DNA of 64,000 nt from contig CAISWQ010000038.1 of NCBI GenBank assembly GCA_903889245.1, positions 68,763 to 132,762 of the forward strand, given 5' to 3'. Of the stretch, positions 10,501-17,586 are shown one piece after another. Numbering within the stretch: the first letter of the stretch is position 1; the number at the start of each line of letters is the position of its first letter. Made by a program: the position numbers and the translations under genes. Under the pieces are notes generated by a model. It was not told the origin of the DNA. It did not search any database and saw nothing but the letters and a program-made list of their open reading frames with translations. The stretch comes from an uncultured Lentisphaerota bacterium. Its GTDB lineage: Bacteria; Verrucomicrobiota; Kiritimatiellia; CAIQIC01.

Positions 10501-10588
10501 GGGTGGCGCCTGTGAGGTCGCGTCGCCGGCCGGCGGCGGCGTGACGGTGCTGCTGCGGTTGCCCTTGAAAACGGAGAAGCCAACATGA
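7559..10588 (+). CDS. sensor histidine kinase with periplasmic two-component-regulator propeller repeats and a Y_Y_Y domain, a TM helix, and HisKA_3 plus HATPase_c domains
   Basis: The N-terminus has repeated propeller segments (LATPQGMARFDG, LWVGTWAGLYW) typical of HTCS-like sensors. A TM helix follows (FRAVVAALALVTTVLVAW). The H-box is ERTRIAQDLHDEMGAGL and the ATPase region includes VSDNGRGL. Confidence 0.85.
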   Translation: MMKSWRQVRLGAGLALLLAGGVAGAAPQDRLADRYSWRLWGREQDFPDTRIRALDFDEQGRLWLATPQGMARFDGVRFNVVTNLPPGIAPVRGWLPDAGGTPWVFGVGGVAHLTRTGWQKVGAQAVGPVHVQAVFTNATGGLWLVGEKTLWFYQHGKLTRVEWPPGMGEDARITSAALDAGQVVWLVVEGRLLAFHEDHWLSEEEARIGHWEHVALVRAEDHGTLVVVEREGLHVRRGGRWRNLPLPPPAVAGDAALLRPTAVLEEANGNNIWLGTAHALYRWSRGTWLNLTDNDIGVPLAVNVLELDRYGDVWAGLDSGLLCLHRRAVTMLRTGEAAQDEPITCLFALAAGQVWAGIKERGLWVVRRNGLEPLELPLKSNQTVTAVAPGEGGWWVGTHGDGLFWMTTTQLVPVASTTAPGSQTITALQRTRDGRLWVGTWAGLYWLPAAAPGTGQQPELRGVPGGQKWNVTALAVEGTGTLWVATAGQGPSRLEPDGTLHYFGERDGVPPTALLCLQADRDGRLWAGCARGLIRWDGQRWQACDLRKDFIVRHLYHDDRGRLWCGTAQGLHCLRPDAVRDALAQRSVSGRYFRMGAADGLPAAECVAQVSQAVTSAGNELFLATPDGVARLSLNIAQTGRRPQAMDIETVSAVGRLLWNRLGCVPGEPLPGTPLLKLPPGSEPVTFEYAMPELFWPDRIRYDYQWKLEGLNEAWSPATTEPRVTFEQLPPGDYSFRVRGRREGDWCEVAQPVRLRVLPFFWQALWFRAVVAALALVTTVLVAWRLLRARYRRRLLRAQQAQALAQERTRIAQDLHDEMGAGLTEISLLGDLATTEAHGPTRTENISLLTQRARALVTKLDEIVWAVNPRHDRLEAVSDFFGSYAQQFLRPAGIACALEVAEALPELPLEARVRHQLFLAFKEALTNLVRHSGATQARLRIAVEAGGLTISVSDNGRGLKAEGAAGLHDGLRSMCARLEKLGGACEVASPAGGGVTVLLRLPLKTEKPT

Positions 10589-11223
10589 TCAAGGTGGCCC
10601 TGGTGGATGATCAGGAAAATGTACGGCGTACCTTGTGTCGCGTCCTGGCGGCCGATGGCGGGATGAAATGTGTCGCCGCCTGCGCCACTGGCGAGGAGGC
10701 CGTGCGGCAGCTCCCCGCCGCCGCGCCCGATGTGGTGCTGATGGATTTGGAGATGCCGGGCATGAAAGGCCACGAGGCCACAGCCCGGCTGCTGGAAAAA
10801 ATGCCCGACCTTGATGTGCTCGTGCTGACCGTGCACGACGACACGGAGCGGATTTTCCAGGCCTTGCGCGCCGGGGCCTGCGGCTACCTGCTCAAGCGCA
10901 CGCCGGCCGCCGGCATCCTCGCCGCCATCCGCGAGGCGCACCGCGGCGGCGCGCCGATGACCGGCGCGATTGCGCGCAAGATTTTGACCGCGTTCCACAA
11001 ACCTGCCCCCGCCGCCGCCAGCGCGCCGGCCGATGAGCACCTCTCGCAGCGCGAGCAGAGCATCCTCCACCTCCTCGCGCAGGGGCAGAGCAACAAGGAG
11101 ATCGCCGAGCACCTCAAGCTCGCGGTCGAGACCGTTTGCTGGAACCTCAAGCGCATCTACCGCAAGCTCCACGTCCAGAGCCGCACCCAGGCGATGCTCA
11201 AATACCGCCCGCCCGCCACCTGA
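10585..11223 (+). CDS. NarL/FixJ-family response regulator (REC domain plus LuxR-type HTH)
   Basis: REC residues VALVDDQ...VLMDLEMPGMKG. The C-terminal HTH is LSQREQSILHLLAQGQSNKEIAEHLKLAVETV. There is an ATGA overlap with the kinase gene. Confidence 0.9.
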   Translation: MIKVALVDDQENVRRTLCRVLAADGGMKCVAACATGEEAVRQLPAAAPDVVLMDLEMPGMKGHEATARLLEKMPDLDVLVLTVHDDTERIFQALRAGACGYLLKRTPAAGILAAIREAHRGGAPMTGAIARKILTAFHKPAPAAASAPADEHLSQREQSILHLLAQGQSNKEIAEHLKLAVETVCWNLKRIYRKLHVQSRTQAMLKYRPPAT

Positions 11224-11346
11224 CCCGCCGCCCGGCCTCCCCCCCATTTTTGGGGGATGGCGCGCCGGCCCGCCCGGCTGCTAAACACCCGCCGTCTTTT
11301 TGCACGTCAGGCGATGAGCGGCGAACGCGACATAGGGCCGGCCGGA

Positions 11347-11397
11347 TTTTTCCAAGGGTTGGAAAAATTTCCGGCGTTTTTTCCAAGGCTTGGAAAA
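11347..11397. repeat. palindrome doublet (2 units, 31 bp apart)
   Basis: TTTTTCCAAGGGTTGGAAAAA and TTTTTTCCAAGGCTTGGAAAA, about 45 bp upstream of the PEP-CTERM gene start. Confidence 0.9.
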
Positions 11398-11439
11398 GCC
11401 ACGGCGGTGAAGCTGGGTGCGCACATGAAGGAGTACACG

Positions 11440-13683
11440 ATGAAGAAACAGGAATGCGGCAGGGCGGGTCTGTGGATGCTGGTGTGGGCGGGGATGCTGG
11501 CGCTGGGCGCGCAGGCGGCGACGACGAACAACCTGGCCAATTACGGCGTCATCACCGGCAACTGGAACACGGTGGGCACCTGGGTCGGCGGGGTCATCCC
11601 GAACGGCGTGGATGTCTTCGCCAATCTGGCGGGCAGCTATGGCGCCGCCGCGGGACAGCGCACCAACATGCTCGATACCTCGGTCTCGCTGGGCGGCATC
11701 CTCATTGGCTGCACCTCAGGCAACGTCAAGTACAGGATCATTGAAGTCACCGGCGGCAACACCATCACGCTGACCAACAGCAGCGGGACGGCCTTCTTGG
11801 AGAAGGCCATCAATGTCAACTCGGGGGTGACCGGGACGGATGATATCCGCCCGCAGCTCATCCTGGCCTCCGATCTCACGATCAGCAACAATAGCGGCTA
11901 TGGCGGCCTGCAGATTTCCGGGAACATCACCGAGGTGGGTCCCGCGCGCTCGCTCTCCATCGGCACGATTTCCAACGCCAACAAGGGTGTGACCCTCGCG
12001 GGCACGAACAGCTACACCGGGACGACGACCATCAACAGCGGGAGCTTGACGATCGGTGGCGCCGGCTTGCTGGGCAGCGGCGGCCTGTATGCGGGCAACA
12101 TCATCAACAACGGCGCGCTCAACTACAACAGCACGGCGTCGCAAACCTTGTCGGGCGCTATCTCCGGCAGCGGTTCGGTGCGGAACGGCGGCAATGGCAC
12201 CCTGGTCCTCGCCGGCGACAACTCGTTCACGGGCGACTTCGGCTGGAGCGCCTCGGGCACCAGCAAGATTTACGTTTCGGCCGAGACCAACATGGGCGCT
12301 GGCGCCAACATCTATATCAAGCAGAACAATCAACTGCACACGACGGCGTCCTTCGCCACGTCCAAGAATGTCATCCTGAATGGCGCGAGTGCCCTCAACC
12401 AGGATTTTTATGTGGACGCCGGTACGTTCACCATCAACGGGCTGATCAGCGACCTCGCGGCGGCCACGGGAGCGCACGTGCGGAAACTGGGTGTGGGCAC
12501 GCTGGTGCTGGGCAATGACGTCAATACCTTCGGCGAAGTGGTGGTCGCCGGCAACGGGGTGTTGAGTGTCGGTACCATCGGGAACGCCGGGGCGAACAGT
12601 GCGCTCGGCACCAACGGCCTCATCAAAATCGGCCAGGGCGTCCTCTCGGGCAACCTCACCTACACGGGCGCGGGGGAAATCAGCGACAAGGTGGTGGATC
12701 TCTTTGGGAGCACGGGCAACGCGACGCTGGACCAGTCGGGCGCCGGCTTGCTCAAGTTCTCCAGCAACCTTTCGAGCTCCGGTTTAGGCGCAAAGACCCT
12801 GACGCTGCAAGGCTCCACGGCGGGCAGCGGCGAACTCGCCGGCGCCCTCACCAACAATGCCAGCGGCGCGCTGGCCCTGATCAAGGATGGGACGGGTTCC
12901 TGGACTCTTTCCGCGGTGAACACCTACAGCGGCGGCACGACGATCAATGCCGGACTCCTGGCGTTGACCGGGGCCGGCAGCCTGGGCAGCGGGCCGATCA
13001 GCATCGCTTCCGCCGGTACGCTGGCGCTAACCGGCTCCGACCTGACGCTGGCCAGCGGCCAGAGCCTGACCAACCGCGGGTTGGTGACGGGCGGCCTGAT
13101 TGTCAGCAGCGGCGCGTTCGCCACTGGCGGCGGCCGGTACCAGAACGTCACCAACGCGCTGGGCGGCACCCTGACGCCCGGCATCGGTGGCGACACGAAC
13201 TATTTCGCCGCCCTGACGCTGGCCGGCGGCTCGACCAACCTCTTCTGGATCGGCAGCGCCGCGACGCATGACATGACCGTCACCACCAACAGCCTCACCT
13301 ACAGCGGCGATGGCGTGGCCATGCCGCAACTGGCGCTGAACATGGGCAGCTATACCTGGCAGATGGGCGATCAACTCGTGCTTTTCAACAACACCTTCGC
13401 CGGCCTGAGCGCCTTTGATGGCACCAACCGCTGGTTCCAACTGCAGGACGCTTTTGGCGCCGTGACCAACCTCTATAACAATGTGCTCTTCAGCGCCGTC
13501 ACCGGCGGCAGCGCCACCAATCTCTTCAGCATCCGGTATGACTTCAACAACGATGGCACCGCCAATGACATTCTGATCACCGCGATTCCGGAGCCGGCCT
13601 CGCTCAACCTGCTGCTGATGTTGGGCGCGGCCTACTGGCTGCGACGGCGCTGGCATGGTCAGAAACGCCGCTGGAACGGATAA
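11440..13683 (+). CDS. PEP-CTERM sorting-domain protein with autotransporter-associated beta-strand (PATR-like) repeats
   Basis: Signal peptide MKKQECGRAGLWMLVWAGMLALGAQAA. The body is a long Gly/Thr/Asn-rich repeat region. The C-terminus IPEPASLNLLLMLGAAYWLRRR is a canonical PEP motif followed by a TM helix and an Arg cluster. The start is 11425 or 11440. Confidence 0.75.
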   Translation: MKKQECGRAGLWMLVWAGMLALGAQAATTNNLANYGVITGNWNTVGTWVGGVIPNGVDVFANLAGSYGAAAGQRTNMLDTSVSLGGILIGCTSGNVKYRIIEVTGGNTITLTNSSGTAFLEKAINVNSGVTGTDDIRPQLILASDLTISNNSGYGGLQISGNITEVGPARSLSIGTISNANKGVTLAGTNSYTGTTTINSGSLTIGGAGLLGSGGLYAGNIINNGALNYNSTASQTLSGAISGSGSVRNGGNGTLVLAGDNSFTGDFGWSASGTSKIYVSAETNMGAGANIYIKQNNQLHTTASFATSKNVILNGASALNQDFYVDAGTFTINGLISDLAAATGAHVRKLGVGTLVLGNDVNTFGEVVVAGNGVLSVGTIGNAGANSALGTNGLIKIGQGVLSGNLTYTGAGEISDKVVDLFGSTGNATLDQSGAGLLKFSSNLSSSGLGAKTLTLQGSTAGSGELAGALTNNASGALALIKDGTGSWTLSAVNTYSGGTTINAGLLALTGAGSLGSGPISIASAGTLALTGSDLTLASGQSLTNRGLVTGGLIVSSGAFATGGGRYQNVTNALGGTLTPGIGGDTNYFAALTLAGGSTNLFWIGSAATHDMTVTTNSLTYSGDGVAMPQLALNMGSYTWQMGDQLVLFNNTFAGLSAFDGTNRWFQLQDAFGAVTNLYNNVLFSAVTGGSATNLFSIRYDFNNDGTANDILITAIPEPASLNLLLMLGAAYWLRRRWHGQKRRWNG

Positions 13684-13734
13684 GAAATTGCTTCTAGGCA
13701 GGACACACACACGCCGGCCGGCCCCGGCCATCCC

Positions 13735-13761
13735 CTGACCGCGGGCCGGTCGGTTTCTTTT
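13735..13761 (+). terminator. weak intrinsic terminator candidate
   Basis: A 5-bp GC stem GACCG-CGGGC-CGGTC is followed by GGTTTCTTTT, downstream of the PEP-CTERM gene. Confidence 0.3.
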
Positions 13762-13837
13762 GGCAGGCGGTGGTTGCAGTGCATGCCACTGGATAGCCGG
13801 GGGAAACACTGGGTCGCGACGCGCAGGCATATTGCCC

Positions 13838-14497
13838 ATGATGATGAAACAAACGGACCGGCGGGCGTTCACGATGATCGAGTTGCTGGTGGTCATTGTC
13901 ATCATCGCCATTCTGGCCGGGCTCCTGTTGCCGGCGGTTATCGGTGGCCTCAAGAAAGCGGATATCACCCAGGCGCAGGCCGAGATTCGCATGATCGAGG
14001 CGGCCCTCCGGGCCTACCGCGTGGATTATGGCAAATATCCCAACGAGGGGCAGGGCAACGACGAACTTTATTGGGGCTATGACTCGCTCATAGACACGTT
14101 ATGCGGAAGCAATAAGACTGGCTCGGTGGCGGACCTGCTTTGCATCGGCGGGTGCAACTGGCGGAATCAGAATCCGCGCCAGCGGGTGTATCTGCAGGTT
14201 CACGGCAGGAGCATCCAGACCAATGCGCCCTCCGCCAGTACGATCTGGATCACGGTCGGCAAAAACGACCTCTATGTGGAAGCGCGGCGCGGCGAGTTCG
14301 CGGATCCGTGGGGGAACCGCTATGTCGTGTCCGTCTCCATGAATCACGACGGCAAAGTGGGCAACGCGCGCCCGGACTTTGGCGATGGCGAGGTGGTTCA
14401 AAACGAGGTGGCCGTCTGGTCGTGGGGGCCGACCAACCAGGCCAGCCAGTGCAAACCCAACAAGGATGACAAAACCCATATCCGCTCGTGGCGCTGA
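13838..14497 (+). CDS. prepilin-type N-terminal cleavage/methylation domain protein (pseudopilin-like)
   Basis: N-terminus RRAFTMIELLVVIVIIAILAGLLLPA, a classic type IV pilin-like leader and hydrophobic helix. Confidence 0.7.
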   Translation: MMMKQTDRRAFTMIELLVVIVIIAILAGLLLPAVIGGLKKADITQAQAEIRMIEAALRAYRVDYGKYPNEGQGNDELYWGYDSLIDTLCGSNKTGSVADLLCIGGCNWRNQNPRQRVYLQVHGRSIQTNAPSASTIWITVGKNDLYVEARRGEFADPWGNRYVVSVSMNHDGKVGNARPDFGDGEVVQNEVAVWSWGPTNQASQCKPNKDDKTHIRSWR

Positions 14498-14678
14498 CAA
14501 GCCCCGCACCCAACGGGCGCATACAAGTTTTTTCGCATCAGGGGGAATCCCCGCGCAATAGGAACCGGCCCGCTCCGTTATGAATGGATGGCATTGGCCC
14601 TGCGCTGGTGACCACAGGCGAGCAGATGAACTTCACCCGTTCGTTGTCGCCGTTGGTGCCGGGAAGCTGGCTGCTGGG

Positions 14679-14730
14679 TTTTCCAATGCTTGGAAAAAGC
14701 GCTGATGCCACTTTCCAATCCTTGGAAAAA
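14679..14730. repeat. palindrome doublet (2 units, 32 bp apart)
   Basis: TTTTCCAATGCTTGGAAAAA and CTTTCCAATCCTTGGAAAAA, 50-100 bp upstream of the GH78 start. The 57-bp unit including its spacer is about 85% identical to the unit inside sulfatase 17624-17676. Confidence 0.9.
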
Positions 14731-14779
14731 CTCGCCGGCGCGGTATGACCACGACCCCGTTACGTCCGGGAAAGGGACT

Positions 14780-17575
14780 ATGAAAACTGTCTGCCGGGTG
14801 CTGGTGTGCGTGGCCGCGCTGCTTTCATGCGCGGCGGCGGAGACGGAGTTGCGAGTGGTGGAGTTGACGTGCGAACACGCCCGTGATCCGCTGGGCATCG
14901 CGCTGCGCGCGCCCCGCTTGAGCTGGCAGTTGGTGTCTGCCGCGCGCGGGCAGAGCCAGACGGCGTACCGGATTCTGGCGGCGCGCAGCCGGGAGGCGCT
15001 CGCGGCGGGGCGTGGCGACGCGTGGGATTCCGGCAAGGTGGCCTCGGCGGGAAGTGTGCTGGTGCCATGCGGCGGGAAGCTGCCCAAGGCTGGCGAGCGC
15101 GTCTGGTGGCAGGTGCAAGTCTGGGATCGGGAGAACCGCGCTTCGCCGTGGTCGGAGCCGGCGTTCTTCGAGGTCGGCCTGCTCAACGCGGCAGACTGGG
15201 GTGGTGCGCAGTGGATCCGGCTTGCCGGCGATCCGCGCTCCTCGGAACTTGCCGAGCGCAAGCTACAGACGAAAAACATGAAGGCGCCCGTGACACGTCG
15301 CGCGTTTCCCGCGCCGCTGTTGCGGCGCGAATTTGCGGTGCGGCAGGGAGTGGCGCGCGCCCGCGCCTATGTCTGTGGCTTGGGCCTGCATGAGTTGTTC
15401 ATCAATGGCCAGCGGATGGGCCATGATGTTTTGCAGCCGGCGGTAACGACGTATGACGAGCGTGCGTTCGCCGTTGCCTATGATGTGACGGCGGCGCTCA
15501 CGCCGGGACGCAACGCGATGGGGCTGGCGCTGGGCAACGGCTTCTTCGGCCAGAATCTGGCGTTCACCGTGAATTTCCTGCACTGGGGCCCGCCGGTGGC
15601 ACTGGCCAAACTCGTCATTGAGTATGGCGATGGCACCAGCGAGACGATCATCAGCGATGCCGCTTGGCACGCGGGCACCGGGCCGGTGGTCTTCGACAAT
15701 CTCTATGCCGGCGAAAGCTTCGACGCGCGGCTCGCCGTGGACGGCTGGTCACGGGCCGGCTTTGATGACAAAACTTGGAAAACCGTCGAGGTGGTGCCTG
15801 CGCCGACGAAGCGCGTCGAGATGCAAATGCTCCAGCCGTGCCGACGGATCAGCGAACTCAAACCGGTGAGCGTCAAGCGGACACCGGATGGCCGCTGGTT
15901 GGTGGATCTGGGCCGCAACATCGCCGGCTGGGTCCGTTTGCGGGTGACGCAGCCGGCGGGTACGCGCCTCACGTTGCGTTTCGCCGAAATTTTGAGCCAC
16001 GACGGTACGCGGTTGGAGACGGGCTCCACGGGCCACTTCGCCACCGGCTGCGAGCAGGCCGACCTCTACGTCTGCCGCGGCGGCGGCGTGGAAACGTGGG
16101 AGCCGCGCTTCACCTATCACGGTTTCCGTCACGTGGAAATCGCCGGTTGCGCCACGGAGCCGGATGTGACCGGCGTCGTGGTCAATACGGCGTTGGAGGC
16201 GCAGGGTGCCTTCACCTGCCCGGACCCGCTGCTCAAGCGCATCTATGATGTTTCGCTCTGGACGATCGAGGGCAACCTCCACGGTACGACCGAGGACTGT
16301 CCGCACCGCGAGCGGTGCGCGTGGCTTGGCGATGCGCATGCACAGGCGGCGACCACGCTGCTGAACTACAAGGCAGCGCCGCTCTTCGCCAAGTTCATGG
16401 ACGATGTCGAGACCGTGCTCGGGCGCGGCGGCCAGACCTACGAGAAAAAGCCGGCCACGCCCGGTATTCCGTGCAACATCGCCGTCGGCCGGCGGCTGTG
16501 TCAGGAGGCGCGCCCCGACTGGGGCGTGGCGGTCGTCCTGCTGCCGTGGGAGGTCTATCGCTACACCGGCGACGACAGCGTGATCCGCACCCACTATCCG
16601 CTGATGACGCGGTGGGTGGACTATGTATCGGCAATGGCCGTCGAGGACATCGTCAACCAAGGTTATGGCGACTGGTGTCCGCCCGGCGGCAACGAGCACA
16701 TCGAATGCCCCGTGCCGCTCTCCTCGACGGCGTTGCATATCGCCGCGCTGCGGTTGATGGCCGACGCCGCGCGTCTGCTGGAGAAGCCGGCGGAGGCCGA
16801 ATGTTTTGCGGCTGCGGCCCAGCGCTTCCACGCGGCCTTCAACCGGCGCTTCTACGATGTCAAGGCGCACTCCTACGGCAGCCAGACGGCCAATGTGCTC
16901 GCGCTGCGCTTTGGTCTGGCGCCGGAGGGCGCGCGGCTGGCGGTCGGCGCCGCGCTGGCGCGCGAGGTGGGCGAGCGCCATCAGGGCCATCCGTTCATCG
17001 GCATCCATGGCGGCGTTGGACTCTTTACGCTGTTGGGCGATACCGGTCATGCCGATGTCGCGTGGCGCGCGCTGAACGTGGCCGGCTATCCGGGCTTCAA
17101 GTTTGTGCTCGGCCTGGGCCTGACCACGTGGCCGGAACGCTATGACGCCGACTTTGATCCGGCCACCGCCCGCTCGCTCAATCACCCGATGCAGTCGGGT
17201 TTCGCCACGTGGTTCCATGAAGCGGTCGGCGGCCTGCGCCCGCTCGCGCCCGGCTTCCGCCAGTTCGAACTGCGCCCGCAGATGATGCGTTGGCTCGACG
17301 CGGCGCGCGTCGAGCACCGCTCGCCCTACGGCGCGATCATCAGCGACTACCACCGCGCAGGCGGCAATATGCACTGGAGCGTCACCGTGCCCGTGGGCAC
17401 CGAAGCCTTCGTCACGCTACCGGCCGACAACGCCGACGCTGTGCGCGAGTCCGGCCAACCGCTCGCGCAAGCCCGCGGAATTTCCGCCGTCCGCGCCGCA
17501 AACCAAACGGTGGGTTTCACGCTCGCCTCTGGTAGTTTTGCTTTTGTGTTGCCGTTAGCCAGCGCAGGGAAATAA
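14780..17575 (+). CDS. alpha-L-rhamnosidase, glycoside hydrolase family 78
   Basis: Signal peptide MKTVCRVLVCVAALLSCAAA. The N-terminal RLSWQL...QTAYRI block, the DCPHRERCAWLGD block (GH78 DCPxRxER-GW-GD region) and a C-terminal beta-sandwich are clearly paralogous to the gene at 47282. Confidence 0.8.
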   Translation: MKTVCRVLVCVAALLSCAAAETELRVVELTCEHARDPLGIALRAPRLSWQLVSAARGQSQTAYRILAARSREALAAGRGDAWDSGKVASAGSVLVPCGGKLPKAGERVWWQVQVWDRENRASPWSEPAFFEVGLLNAADWGGAQWIRLAGDPRSSELAERKLQTKNMKAPVTRRAFPAPLLRREFAVRQGVARARAYVCGLGLHELFINGQRMGHDVLQPAVTTYDERAFAVAYDVTAALTPGRNAMGLALGNGFFGQNLAFTVNFLHWGPPVALAKLVIEYGDGTSETIISDAAWHAGTGPVVFDNLYAGESFDARLAVDGWSRAGFDDKTWKTVEVVPAPTKRVEMQMLQPCRRISELKPVSVKRTPDGRWLVDLGRNIAGWVRLRVTQPAGTRLTLRFAEILSHDGTRLETGSTGHFATGCEQADLYVCRGGGVETWEPRFTYHGFRHVEIAGCATEPDVTGVVVNTALEAQGAFTCPDPLLKRIYDVSLWTIEGNLHGTTEDCPHRERCAWLGDAHAQAATTLLNYKAAPLFAKFMDDVETVLGRGGQTYEKKPATPGIPCNIAVGRRLCQEARPDWGVAVVLLPWEVYRYTGDDSVIRTHYPLMTRWVDYVSAMAVEDIVNQGYGDWCPPGGNEHIECPVPLSSTALHIAALRLMADAARLLEKPAEAECFAAAAQRFHAAFNRRFYDVKAHSYGSQTANVLALRFGLAPEGARLAVGAALAREVGERHQGHPFIGIHGGVGLFTLLGDTGHADVAWRALNVAGYPGFKFVLGLGLTTWPERYDADFDPATARSLNHPMQSGFATWFHEAVGGLRPLAPGFRQFELRPQMMRWLDAARVEHRSPYGAIISDYHRAGGNMHWSVTVPVGTEAFVTLPADNADAVRESGQPLAQARGISAVRAANQTVGFTLASGSFAFVLPLASAGK

Positions 17576-17586
17576 TCAACCTCACC

